Shown one piece after another: positions 29,200 through 40,641 of a stretch of 64,000 bases of DNA (the stretch's first letter is position 1; each line of letters starts with the position of its first letter). The DNA is from a virus. Under the pieces are notes generated by a model. It worked only from the letters and a program-made list of their open reading frames with translations. It searched no databases and was not told the origin of the DNA. A program made the translations under genes and the position numbers. Location: the IMG/VR virus record IMGVR_UViG_3300044858_003398; one strand, written 5' to 3'.

Positions 29200-32100
29200 A
29201 TCCTCTGGTGAGGATTGGAGAGATCCAGCAAATGAAATGTTCAGTGGGGATACTCCATCTGCCAAATATTACCCAATCATCAAAGAGCTAAATGATCTAG
29301 GATTCGAGTTCCGTGCGGAAGATCACTACGGTGGCGAAGGGCAGGGAGAAGAGTATTGGTCGGTCGTGAAAGTTTCTAGGAACGACGAAACCGCCTTTAT
29401 CAAGTTCACCGGCTGGTATGCTTCCTTTGCGGGTTCTGAAATGTCTCATGGTGTCGAAGAGTTCACCGAGGTCAAGAAAGTTCCGGTTGAATCTTACGAG
29501 TGGGAAGAACAATGATCGGCAACGCATACCAGCTTGGCTATCTCTCCATCCTAGTTATCAATAGGATTAGGGATATCTACATAGTTGCCCTTCAAAAGAG
29601 CGTAGTTGGTACGATTGCCCAGTTCCCCTTTGTGCCAATCCATAAGTCAGTCATGGAAGAGTTCGTGGAGTCCGCAAGACTCATTGGGACAGGGGTTCCA
29701 TCCCCTATCGAGGAAAGCTTCAAATTGTGGGAGAGATACGGGAGTGCCTACTTCACCATACCTCCAGAGGAAATATGGAGTATTGGGATATCCCTCCTTA
29801 GCGAGGGAAAGGATCTGCAGGATTTTAATAAGGGTGAATATTTCCTATTCCCACCAGTCTTCCCGGCCACTAGGGACGTCCTGCCTGATTTTGAAGGGGT
29901 GGCGGGTATTGTGGATCATAAGATTGGCGAAAAATCCAGCGTAGTCAGTAATTAGGGGGCGAAGCCATGAAGTTTCAGATCAGTAAAAGAGAATTGTTCG
30001 AAGTAATCCCGTCTCCTGAACTCTGCCAATTTTGGGAGAAGGGGCCTAGGGGTGAGACGTGGTGGAAGGCAGAGAACCAATTCTTTAGCTCTGAAGCAAT
30101 AGGTGGATCTCTTGAAGATGCTATCCTACACCTTATGCTAGAGATTCAGAGCATTGCTGGTATCACTATCTATGTGGGCCTAGTGGCCCGAGAGGATGGT
30201 TGGTATAAGGCCGGAACCGAAGCCCTCGAATATGAAGGCATGAGAAGAATTACCTTGTCGGAATATCTAGAAGCTCTTAAGAGTGACACCTTACTTCTTC
30301 GTGGAACTAGGATTAAGGAGAACGAATCTGAGTCTAAGAGTGTCAAAATTGGCGAAGTCTATTTCGACGGGGAACAATGTTCTATAGATGAATTCGATAT
30401 CTATTTTACTACAGAGCCCATATACCTAGAGGCGAAGCCATGTACTACATAACCGTATACCATATCGACAACGATGGAAAAATCACCAAGTATGATGGTG
30501 GTACTGATTCATATAACAAGAATAGTAACAGCTATGTAGACCCAGCAAATGCTCTCTCCACCTTTTGGAAGTATGAGCATTTTTCGGAATGTGATGGATG
30601 GGATTGGGCAATGACCCCAGAAGAATTCAATGCGAAATTCGCAGAGGGGATTAGAATCCTCTATATGGATTTCATACCACAGTATGGGTTCAGGGGTACA
30701 TCTTTGGTAGAAGTCCAGCTAGATAGGGTTGGTCATGAGGAATGACTGGGAAAAATCCCCGAACGACCGAAAAGAGGAGGCATTTCATGCCTCGGATGAG
30801 ACTAGAGCTAGGGCTAAACCAAAGAAGGTTGATAAGCCTTTTCTTGTAGAAACACGATACACGCAAGTCAAGTATGTGCCGCTATTCTTCCTAACGGAAT
30901 GGCATGGCAACAGAAGGTATGAGACTCTTGAAGCTGCTCAAGTGTATGCCAAGAAGCTAAGCCGAGAGGTCATGTCTGATCGAAGAGAAGTCAGAATTAT
31001 CGATTTACGCGAGGGAACCGAGTATGCTGTGGATTAAAGACCCACAAAAGTGGGACAAGCTGTCGCTCGTAGAACGATTGGAGGCCTTGAGGCTCCACTA
31101 TTGCACTGGTCCATGTGGCCAGTCTATGAGTGTCATGATGACACGCTCGGCTACAAATATAGCCCTTAAAGAAGCAATTATGTCAATTAACCTATGGGAG
31201 CCACTTGATGACACTAAATGAGCTATTCGCACAATGCAAAGAACTAGTCGAAGCCGGTCTTGGTGATTGTAAAGTCATCAAGGCTACCGATGATGAGGGT
31301 AACTCTTTCATCCCAGCAGAAGGTATTCAAGAAGACTTAGCGACTGGTGGCCCATACTATTTCGAGGTGAAGGCAGAAGAGGACTATGACGAATATGAAG
31401 AAGACGAACTCCAAAGAATCATTACCGTCTGGTGATTACACACTCACCATCAATAAAGAGCAGGCTCGCATTATATGTGAAGCCCTAGAGGCTTACTCAC
31501 GCCTAAAACATGGGCAGATTGACGAACTACGCAATCTCTTTCGTGACCGCTGGTGCAAGCCTAACGGCTCATTCAATTGGAATTCAGAGTACCTATTTGA
31601 CGCTCTTAAGAGCGTCATCTTTCCGGAGTTGGAGAAGAATGCCTCTTATGGGGTTGGCAATAAGATATATCCGGAAAGCACTGTAGCTTGGGATATAATG
31701 CAGGTGCTTCGCCATAGGCTGGCGTGGGACCGATTGAGGGCTGAAGGCCGAGATCAGCCAGAATACTGGGGGGTCCAATATAATGTACCAATGAGGTTCG
31801 GAAGTGAGCCATTAGCTCAAATCGAGGCGAAGCCATGAAAGATGAATCAGTAATCCCAGAGGGGCCATACTGCTACACTAGAGTTGATGGTAAGCGAGTC
31901 AACTGTCCTTTCTGGGGGAGAGACCCATCTCGACCCCAGCAAGAGTCTGGGTTTTGTACGTTCCTAGATCTAAAAGACTGGGAGGACACCTGTGGTGTCC
32001 CACTACTCTGGGATCAGGTAAAAACTTGCGGTATAAATAATGATTGGGAGGCGTAGCTATGGGTATGTTTACGGGCTTAAGAGCCCATGTTGAAGTTCAT

Positions 32101-32798
32101 CCAAAATTTAGGGGGCTAATCGCCTCTCTCCACTCAGACGATGAATCAATGCGTTGGGAAAAGTCTATCGAGACTAACCAGCATAATTTCCCCGACGAGG
32201 CAGACTCGCTAAAGAAATGGTGCAGGTTTGATCGGTGTGGTTTTATTCCTTTCGGAATGCTAGCCTATATGCCAGACGATTTTGGCGATAGGGTAGAAAA
32301 CCCAGATGGTGGCAGTCGTTACGATAAAGAAACTGGTTTTTGGGAGTTCGCTTGCTCTCTTAAGAATTACGAGGGGGAAATTGAATTCTTCGTCGAGAAT
32401 GTCTTGAAAAAGATATCTACTCTACACTATTGCGAGAGTCTCTATGAGGAATTCCCCTATCCAGACATGCCCCATCTGTTTGATAATAGGCCCACTCCAT
32501 GCCTAAGCCGTGATGAGTATGCCCATTGGAAACAATTTGTTACGGACTGGACCAAATGAACGAAGCAGCGAGAAAATTGATCAAAGAGTGGGATGAGGCC
32601 AACGGAGAAGGTTGGTCTGATTGTTCTGAGAGCATAGCTCAGATCATGAGGGACTTTGCCAAGGCCCAAATAGTCAAACTCCTAAAAGATCTGAAAGATC
32701 TAAGACGACACGAAATGGAATTTCGTTGGACTTCTATGTATTATATAAATCCTGACGAGCTAGATGCTTTGGTACAAAGCTGGGAGGAGAAGCTTTGA
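29162..32798 (+). CDS. Run of about 11 small hypothetical proteins
   Basis: Tightly overlapping ORFs: 29162-29515, 29512-29955, 29967-30452, 30440-30745, 30735-31037, 31024-31221, 31205-31435, 31386-31838, 31835-32056, 32059-32559, 32556-32798. Confidence 0.65.
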
Positions 32799-33205
32799 CT
32801 CTATACGAACTCATCAAAGATGGACTTGATAGGAATATAGTAGTCTTCGACCAAGAATCTAATATCCTCTCAAAACGCCTCCTATGTCTAATGATCCAGT
32901 CGGCTAGGAAAGCTGGGATAGAGCCAACTACCTTCTATATTGATGATATTGCTACTGCTGATCTTATGAGTGAACTTGCTGGGATCGAAGCATGGCCAGA
33001 TAAAAATCAACAGACTATCTACGGCCTCAATATCTTCTTCGTAGAGGGGCTAGATACAGCCCATGAAGTACATGAATTCCAATCCTTCTATAAAAAAATG
33101 GGTGGCACATTCCCTTCTCCATTTCAGACTCCGTGGTTACGAAAGACTAAAGATAGTCTGATAGTACTGGCCAGTAAAGATAAAGCCATTCTTGGATGCT
33201 ACTAA
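32795..33205 (+). CDS. Possible truncated paralogue of a major capsid protein
   Basis: GLDRNIVVFD, SKRLL.LM, YGLN, EFQSFY and a terminal ILGCY recall a large-phage capsid family; recognised from memory, unverified. Confidence 0.35.
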   Translation: MTLYELIKDGLDRNIVVFDQESNILSKRLLCLMIQSARKAGIEPTTFYIDDIATADLMSELAGIEAWPDKNQQTIYGLNIFFVEGLDTAHEVHEFQSFYKKMGGTFPSPFQTPWLRKTKDSLIVLASKDKAILGCY

Positions 33206-33223
33206 TAGAAAGGCGAAGCCCTC

Positions 33224-35432
33224 ATGGTATACGATACTGGCAGGACCAATCCTATCCCGACAAATACGGCTCGTCCAGCCGGAGAGTTCGGCTGCATAGG
33301 TGAACGAACCTGCAATTCCTGCGGGGCAGTAGTTGGAGATTCAATATGCATGTGTATGGGAATCTTTACGTGTCCTAGGTGTGGCGAAGAAAATAACCAA
33401 TCCTTTTTGGGAAGTTATACCGTGATATCTGATGAAGCATTGGATAACATCTACATCGGATTGGGTATATCAAATCCTCCGCCTACACCGCCGAACAACT
33501 CTGCTATAGCTGAAGACTTCCCAGAAGAGATTGGTGACATCATTGCTAAGCTTAGCAAGGAAGAAGCCACTAAGCTACTCTCCTATATAAGGACTAAGCC
33601 TTGAACCAACTAACCGCCATCTATCTCGCCGAAAAGGCAAAACAAAGCCTAGCCAAAATCGGCATGTATATTCCCGAGGTTACGGTCTACAATTCCGGTC
33701 TCGACATGATGCAAGGTATTTGGCCCACTGAGTGGGAAGAGATGCTCAAGTACTACAAGGAGTATACCTCTGATAAGAAGTACGTAGCAGCATATTCAGA
33801 CGAGGATGGCGAGCTTCTCTATCACAAGCAGGTATATCGTCAGCCATCCCTGAACAACCAGATGTGCCTACTTGGTCTTGCGACCAACCCGGTATCAGTA
33901 ACTCATGAGGGATGCGGGATGAAAGACTTCACTTTTACCGTGTTCCACGAAATCGCCCACGTTCTTTACGAAACTCGCGACGAAGTCACTTGCAATAGCT
34001 TCGCCCTATTGTATAATAACTTGCTGTGGGCTACGCCTGCAACGAAAGAACAACGATGCCTCATGTAAGCCCATGCTTCAATTGTAAGCAACCGAGCACA
34101 AAAACTGTGCTAAAAGATCAGATTTGGAAGTGCAAATCTGGTGGGATTGTACATAGAGTTGTGGTGCCGGAACTCATAGTCAACATGTGTCTCGCCTGCG
34201 GCGAGCATACTATTGGTGGTGATGGTGACGAACAAATTACTGTGGCTCTCGAAGCCCATACCTCTCAACCATGTGGATGCTAAGAGGCTACGCCTCACAG
34301 TAAAAGAGAAGGGGTGGCGGGGCTAAACTCTGCCGTTACGACCATGAATGATCAGTGGATTAGTTTTGGAACATCGCTACCAAATGTCGGAGACAGCATC
34401 AGAATCAAATTTGATGATGGGACAGAGTTCCCAAAAGAATATGGAGTAATTACATCTATCCGCCATATCAAAGATCTTGGAGGAAATGATTGTATCTACA
34501 TGCCTGTATATTCTGAGAATGCTTGGACTTTAGATAGCGACAAATACATCGGAAGTATAGTCAAAGATACATATTTCTGGAGACTGACATGAGTGAAAAT
34601 CCGCACATGTGGGAATACTGGAAAGACAAGCGTGGATCTCCCTCTGAAGCATTGGAGGCGGATTACCCGAACCATCTAAAATCAAGTATACGGCTTCAGG
34701 TCGCACTTGCTCAAGTTAAAAATGGGCAAGATATGATAGATCAATTGATGAAAGAAGAAGAACAAGCAATAAGAGATGCCTACTCTTATGATGATCTTAG
34801 TGGGATTCTAGGAAAGCCTTTCGGGAGTTGCGGTGGATGATCTACAAAATGTGTGATAGAACAGACGGAGTAGCCGGTCACGTCTGTATCGCTAGATCCA
34901 AGGATGGAAAATATTGGGAGTTCTGGAACAGAGGAAGGTGGCTGGCTGTGTGCGATAGGGATAAACAAATAGATTACATCTATGATGTATTTGATAATCT
35001 GATGGATCTAAACCAGTATCATGCCATCAATCTCTTGATGAAGTACATACTAATCGCAGAAGATCCAATCGATATCAATTTGGCCGTTCTGGTGATAACC
35101 TTGCCCATCAAATACAACGCTACTATCATTGAAATTCGGCAAAAATTCCTTGATCGAGTGTCGTATCACGACCGAGATCTGATTGTGGGGCTAGAATGAC
35201 ACTATTTGATATGATCAAAGACTGGCGTAGGGTCTCCATAAACAAAAGGCCAGATAATGAAGTCATACCATTCCATCGTGACATAGTTGAGAGAATGAGA
35301 GAAAAGTTTGGGCCTGACGCAGTCATACTTTCCTTCTCTGGTGCTGAAGGTGGCTTATTTGGTGTCGGAATCATAATTGCCTTAAATCAATCTGGTGATA
35401 TAATCGCCACTGAACAAACTTTTATTTCATAA
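33224..35432 (+). CDS. Small ORFs: Zn-ribbon (33224-33604), HExxH protein (33601-34068), MqsA/YgiT-type Zn-ribbon (about 34056-34283) and four hypotheticals
   Basis: CNSC/CPRC; VFHEIAHVLY; CFNC...VP......CLACGE. Confidence 0.6.
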
Positions 35433-35442
35433 GGCGAAGCCA

Positions 35443-38169
35443 ATGACCGGACTCTCCCCAGAACAAATTACCTCCCTAGAACGCCACCTAGAAATAGAAG
35501 ATGGTGGAGCCATTTCCTTTTTACTGGAAGAAGAGTCGCTTCGCGACTCGCTACCTGACGGTAAGGCCTATTATGAGCACATCATAAGTTCTGTAGAGTT
35601 AGACCGCTCCAATCCTAAGAACTCCTACATCATGTACATAGCAGGCAAGGTTGATAGAATAGACATGTCAAAGCCATGCCTATTCACGAAGGCATCAACC
35701 GCCCTGCCTGATATTGACGTAGACTTTCCTACGGATTATCGTGAGAAAGCTATCGACTACGTCAGGACTAAGTATGGGGCAGACAAAGTCTGCCAGATTA
35801 CGACCTTCGGTCGGCTATCGGGACGCTCAGCAGTTAAGGCTGTCATGCGAGTCGAGGGCGGATACGACTTTGAGACGATGAATATCGTTACTGAAGGAAT
35901 CCCCGATGAAGCCGCCATCTCCGATCAATTAGAGGAGACTGGCGAAGACAGTATCCTCTCATGGATGCTCCATAATGATGGGGATAAGATTGCCGATTAT
36001 TGTCGTCTTGAGGATGGTATCTTAGTCGGCGACTACGCCGACATCTTCCGTAAGGCTATCGCTCTAGAGGGAACCTTCCAGAATCAGGGCAAACACGCAG
36101 CAGGCGTTATCATTTCCTCTGAGGAAGTGGCCAAAGTTAGCCCAATGTGCCTCGCCAAAGATGGCTCGGCGATAGCCGCCTTTGACATGGCATGGCTGGA
36201 GAAGGCCGGTCTTGTTAAGTTCGACTTTCTCGGGGTAGATATTCTCAATAAGATTCAGGAGGCATGGGGTCCCGACATAGTAAATGTCCCTTTTACTGAT
36301 GAAGAAGCATGGGACGTTATCTGTGGTGGGAATACTAAGGGGTGTTTCCAGATTGAGAACCATCTAGGGAGAGACTGGTCTAAGGAAATCCGCCCACGCA
36401 ATATCGAAGAGCTTTCTGCTGTAATTTCCGTGATCCGCCCCGGCAGCTTGATGGCTCGGGATGAGTCTGGCAGATCCATGACTAAAGTTTATGCCGACAG
36501 GAAGAACGGGTTGGAGCCCGTTGAGGATAACCCAATCAATCGAGTAATTGATACTTATGGTGTCCTCGTATATCAGGAGACACTACAGATCATAGCAAAG
36601 ATCTTGGCTGGATTCAATTGTGCAGATGGTATCAAGCTGATGAAATCGGTCGGTAAAAAAGATGCCAAACTTCTCTTTTCTCTTGAAGATAAGTTCCTGT
36701 CGGGATGTCTTAAGACTGGTACTATACCTAAAGATGATGCAGTTAAATTATTCACTAACATTAAATCTAGTGCCCGCTACCTTTTTAATAAATCTATTTC
36801 TAGTGAATCAATAACTAAATGTCGCGATGGATCTACAAAGACCATAGCACAAATTCAGGCTGGCGACGAGGTGATGACCCCAACAGGCTTCGCGAAAGTA
36901 ATAGCTAAATACGATCATGGGGTTATGGATACTTATTCAGCCACATTCTCAAATGGATCGAATGTTCGGTGTAGTATTAATCACAAGTTCTTATGTGAGA
37001 ATGGTGATATCCTACCCCTTGGACAAATACTTTATGAAGGAAGGCGAGTAATTGCTGAATCAGAAACAGTAGAAATAATATACTTGGACTATGTGGGGAA
37101 AGAGAATCTTTGGGACATAGAGATAGATTCTGAGGATCATATTTACTTCGCCAACGGAGTTGCCACAAGTAACTCCCATGGAGTTTCGTACTCATACCCA
37201 TGCTACTGGTCGGCATATATCAAGGCCCACAAACCACTAAAGTTCTATGAGGTATGGTTAAAATATTCGTCTCATAAGTTAGATCCTCATGCTGAGGTTC
37301 GTAACCTAGTACTTTCGGCGAAGCTTGACAACATTGAGATCCTCCCGCCCTCGTGTGAATACCTAACCGAGGGTTTCTTCATTAAAGACAACTCCGTTGT
37401 CTTCGGATTGTCACATATCAAAGGTGTAGCTAATCGCGAATTAGAGAAGCTATTCGCATTAATGAGGACGCACGGAGTCCGTGCGTCTCTCGTTACTTAC
37501 TTGACTGAGATTCTCCCCCATATCAACAAGAGAACCTGTGAAGCACTGATTAACTGTGGCTGCTTCCATTATCTCGGAGTATCCCGTGCAGCTTTGCTGC
37601 ACTATTACGAGTGCTTCTCAGACCTCTCCGACAAGGAGCTGGTCTTCTTTCAGGACAAGTCCTTCAAGACGCCAGCAGAAGCCTTGGAAGCGGCTTGTCT
37701 GCTTAAGAAGGAAGGCGGGGCTTGTGCCACCAAAGGAAGAGTTGAAAAGCTCAAAATAATACTTGAACGTCTGACAAATCCGGGTAGAATCTTACATGAC
37801 CTGCCGGGGAAGATCGCTGCGTCCGAAGAGGCTGCAATTGGTACGACTTTGTCGTGCAGCTATATGGATGCTTGCTTAGCGGCAGGCGTAGCAGATACTA
37901 CATGTAAAGAAATCATGAGGGGCAAGCCGGGCAAGAGGACTATCGTTGTCAGAATCACAGAAGTTAAGGAACACATAATCAAGTCGTCAGACAAGAAGAT
38001 GGCATTTCTGACCGTATCTGATGACACGGCAGAGATCGATAATGTGGTCTGCTTTGCTGACCAGTATGAGCAGTTTGGCAGATTTATGTTCGATGGGGCG
38101 ATGGTCGCCATCTATGGGGAACTCGGTAAAAAGAAAAGTTTCGTAATTGATCGCTGCACAGAATTATAA
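35443..38169 (+). CDS. dnaE: DNA polymerase III alpha, C-terminal part (catalytic palm, fingers, HhH, OB), intein-containing
   Basis: LPDIDVDF, YG.DKVCQI.TFG, GKHAAGVII, GLVKFDFLG, G.FQIE, RPG, YGVLVYQE, FNK|SH, FGLSHIKGV, KKMAFLTVSD. Confidence 0.93.
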   Translation: MTGLSPEQITSLERHLEIEDGGAISFLLEEESLRDSLPDGKAYYEHIISSVELDRSNPKNSYIMYIAGKVDRIDMSKPCLFTKASTALPDIDVDFPTDYREKAIDYVRTKYGADKVCQITTFGRLSGRSAVKAVMRVEGGYDFETMNIVTEGIPDEAAISDQLEETGEDSILSWMLHNDGDKIADYCRLEDGILVGDYADIFRKAIALEGTFQNQGKHAAGVIISSEEVAKVSPMCLAKDGSAIAAFDMAWLEKAGLVKFDFLGVDILNKIQEAWGPDIVNVPFTDEEAWDVICGGNTKGCFQIENHLGRDWSKEIRPRNIEELSAVISVIRPGSLMARDESGRSMTKVYADRKNGLEPVEDNPINRVIDTYGVLVYQETLQIIAKILAGFNCADGIKLMKSVGKKDAKLLFSLEDKFLSGCLKTGTIPKDDAVKLFTNIKSSARYLFNKSISSESITKCRDGSTKTIAQIQAGDEVMTPTGFAKVIAKYDHGVMDTYSATFSNGSNVRCSINHKFLCENGDILPLGQILYEGRRVIAESETVEIIYLDYVGKENLWDIEIDSEDHIYFANGVATSNSHGVSYSYPCYWSAYIKAHKPLKFYEVWLKYSSHKLDPHAEVRNLVLSAKLDNIEILPPSCEYLTEGFFIKDNSVVFGLSHIKGVANRELEKLFALMRTHGVRASLVTYLTEILPHINKRTCEALINCGCFHYLGVSRAALLHYYECFSDLSDKELVFFQDKSFKTPAEALEAACLLKKEGGACATKGRVEKLKIILERLTNPGRILHDLPGKIAASEEAAIGTTLSCSYMDACLAAGVADTTCKEIMRGKPGKRTIVVRITEVKEHIIKSSDKKMAFLTVSDDTAEIDNVVCFADQYEQFGRFMFDGAMVAIYGELGKKKSFVIDRCTEL
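36793..37173 (+). mobile_element. Mini-intein (127 aa, no endonuclease domain) in DnaE
   Basis: Interrupts the conserved YLFNK|SHGVSY; starts SISSES; block B CSINHKF; block F WDIEID..HIYFANG; ends ATSN with +1 Ser. Confidence 0.88.
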
Positions 38170-38358
38170 AGGAGCTTTAGTCATGACAATCTCTAAGATC
38201 TTAATCATCATTGGGGTTCTAGGCGAATGCTGGGTCTGGCTCGCCTTCTTCAAGACGCGAGTCCCCCAACGCTTCCTCTCGAAGGTCTCCTTCGTGTCTG
38301 GTTCTGCTGTTTTATTCGGTCTCGTCGGCTATTTAGCTGACCTTTACTAGGCTTCGCC

Positions 38359-39249
38359 ATGAAATTCACATTCCGAGTAGAGCCCAAAAAGCTCGATAAC
38401 TGGATGATAAATAAATTGAACGGTATCAAAAACTCAAATGGGCTCTTCCGCCTATTGGAGGCTGGATACTCTTGGCATTTACCTATCTATATTTCCCCAG
38501 ACGATGTAGCAAATAACATCTGCTGCATCTGGTCGAAGTATGTGTTCCTTAATGCTGAGAAGCTCCGTAGCTTCTTTGTCCAACACGACGGTAAAAAGAA
38601 ATTGACATACTATTCTGGCGGGAACTACCACCCAGATAGAATGCCTGAGTTTATGGATGGCCTGACGCGGCTAATCAGTGCTGATCAGGCCAAAGACAAC
38701 CTGTCATGGATGGACTACTCTTCTACTGTTAGTATGCCTACTGACAAATTGATCAGGACAGTGGCTAAGTTAGCTTCTCAGAAGGCCTACTACGAGTATA
38801 GCTGCGTGCTATGCTGTGGATTCTCGCAGGTTGAACTGGGCGGCACCTTAGAGGACTGGGAGCGTCTCTGGAAGCTAGTAGAAGACATGCCAACTCCGGA
38901 CGACTTCCTGACCATCTGGCGGGCGAAACTCCTACAGACGATCACTGGGATTCTCTCGGGAGAGGAAGACTTCTGGCAGAGATGTCTGACAGCAGAAAGA
39001 TATGGCAGTGGCGGTCAGACCAAAAGAACTGGCTGGATTCTGAATTTCAACCCGATCAACGACAAGGGAGAAATTCTAGCCCTGATCGAGGATAAGGATA
39101 TCCTCGATCTAACTGTTGACTTTGATCTTAGCGTCGATGATAATGGGAACGTGTTCGATCTTAATATCTCAGCCGGTCCTACTCGTGTTGGTGCTGGCGA
39201 TTACCTAGCTGTCCAAAACACTTTTCAGGTAAAGCAAATAAATGTCTGA
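38359..39249 (+). CDS. DUF4419-like protein
   Basis: H.P.YISPDD, NAEKLRSFFVQHDGKKKL, YY.Y....CG...V.L.GT.EDW..L, TGWI. Confidence 0.7.
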   Translation: MKFTFRVEPKKLDNWMINKLNGIKNSNGLFRLLEAGYSWHLPIYISPDDVANNICCIWSKYVFLNAEKLRSFFVQHDGKKKLTYYSGGNYHPDRMPEFMDGLTRLISADQAKDNLSWMDYSSTVSMPTDKLIRTVAKLASQKAYYEYSCVLCCGFSQVELGGTLEDWERLWKLVEDMPTPDDFLTIWRAKLLQTITGILSGEEDFWQRCLTAERYGSGGQTKRTGWILNFNPINDKGEILALIEDKDILDLTVDFDLSVDDNGNVFDLNISAGPTRVGAGDYLAVQNTFQVKQINV

Positions 39250-39483
39250 AGAAATTAGAATCAGGGCCGATATTTGGGATTTATGTAATCGAAAACATGC
39301 TTGTGAAGTATCCTCAGCCCCTGATACAGGCGTAGCTACTCAAATCGAGCTTGCTAGACTCATGGGTGAAGCATTTCGGGTGCTATCGCGACACCTAGTC
39401 GCCCCACCAGATGACCATCTTATTTTACAGATTTTTGCTAGTGCTGCTATAGACTCAGACCTCGTCTTTGACGAGGAGACCGA

Positions 39484-39864
39484 CTAAAACGGCGGCAATT
39501 CGTCCGGTGGACCGATCACTACGTCCTTTGGGACGTAGATATCCTTATCAATCATAGAGAAAAGGACCCTATTTGGGTCGGCTGAAGCCGGAGACAAAAT
39601 CTTCGGCTTTTTCTTTTTGGTCTTTGACTTTTTAGGCTTAGTTTTCGGGGACGCGGCCCAGTCGGCGAACTTGTTGACAAGTTCAGTGACGGCCTTAGCC
39701 GTCCCATATCTGCTATAAAGTACTGCAAAGCACTCCCCATGGAGTTCCTCATTATTGAGCCCCTCAGGTCGGTAAGCCCACAGGAGGCCTGCCAAGATAT
39801 TGTCTGACAGGTTATCAATAGCTTTGCCCTTGTGTTTACCACACGGTATGCGATAGGAGGTCAT
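39484..39864 (-). CDS. Small basic protein with a PxGKHKG module and PPDELPPF tail
   Basis: IPCGKHKGKAIDNL; Lys-rich linker; probable start at ATG 39864 through an ATGA overlap. Confidence 0.6.
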   Translation of the reverse strand: MTSYRIPCGKHKGKAIDNLSDNILAGLLWAYRPEGLNNEELHGECFAVLYSRYGTAKAVTELVNKFADWAASPKTKPKKSKTKKKKPKILSPASADPNRVLFSMIDKDIYVPKDVVIGPPDELPPF

Positions 39865-40292
39865 AATCTCGCTCTGTTTCTCATATTCGTAGATGACTCT
39901 ACTTTTGGCAAATCTAGAAAGACCTGATCGATCCCCAACTCCTGACACACCAATGACTCATTAGAATTCTGGTTGGCTGGATTTCTATCTCCACTATTGA
40001 AAAAAATGATCTGGTTGCCGCCAGACCTAGAGTGGATGAGCCGGAGGCTCTCACAAACACTTGAATCAGTATCAATGGACAATACTACTTCATCGATCCA
40101 CCTAATTGATTCTGCAATTTCTACTCTAGCTAATTCTCCCAATATGGGGACATTACCCTTCAGACGAACCTGAGCATCGTTGTTTACTATAAAAATGAGC
40201 CTATCACATAACCAAGATGCAGCTTTAACATACTGACAATGACCATGATGAATCGGATTTAGATGGCCTGAGGCCACTCCGTATCTAAACAT
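39861..40292 (-). CDS. Cytidylyl/adenylyltransferase (HIGH family)
   Basis: SGHLNPIHHGH, VNND, GDR, KVESST. Confidence 0.85.
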   Translation of the reverse strand: MFRYGVASGHLNPIHHGHCQYVKAASWLCDRLIFIVNNDAQVRLKGNVPILGELARVEIAESIRWIDEVVLSIDTDSSVCESLRLIHSRSGGNQIIFFNSGDRNPANQNSNESLVCQELGIDQVFLDLPKVESSTNMRNRARL

Positions 40293-40641
40293 GAATACCT
40301 ACCAGCCCTGTATTGCGGACTAGATTGACGGCTATCGCCGTCTGAAGCCCGCTCGGTTTGATATCATTGATCAATACTCTTGGCCCCACAGGAAGCCCCA
40401 TAACGAGTTGATCCCAGAATAGGCCATAAGACGCCAATTGATCCTCTGTAACTCTCCTACAGCCCTCTGGGCGAGCCGTGGTGAGGATGATGTAATAGTC
40501 CTTGGCTCTCCACTCGCAGAACTTCTCTTGAACACCCGGTAAAAGAGATGGGCGTTCTGTCATCATGTGGGGCAGATCAATCAAATGCTCCCATAAGACG
40601 CCATCGATATCTGAGAATATAGTGTGTCTTAATTCCCTCAT
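40285..40641 (-). CDS. HAD-like phosphatase
   Basis: SDIDGVL, LTTARP, RVLINDIKP. Confidence 0.75.
   Translation of the reverse strand: MRELRHTIFSDIDGVLWEHLIDLPHMMTERPSLLPGVQEKFCEWRAKDYYIILTTARPEGCRRVTEDQLASYGLFWDQLVMGLPVGPRVLINDIKPSGLQTAIAVNLVRNTGLVGIHV

Noticed and set aside
25100-35700. Split intein or intron joining the two dnaE genes
   Set aside because: No intein N- or C-terminal blocks at either end and no recognisable group I or II core; the gap is filled with ordinary ORFs
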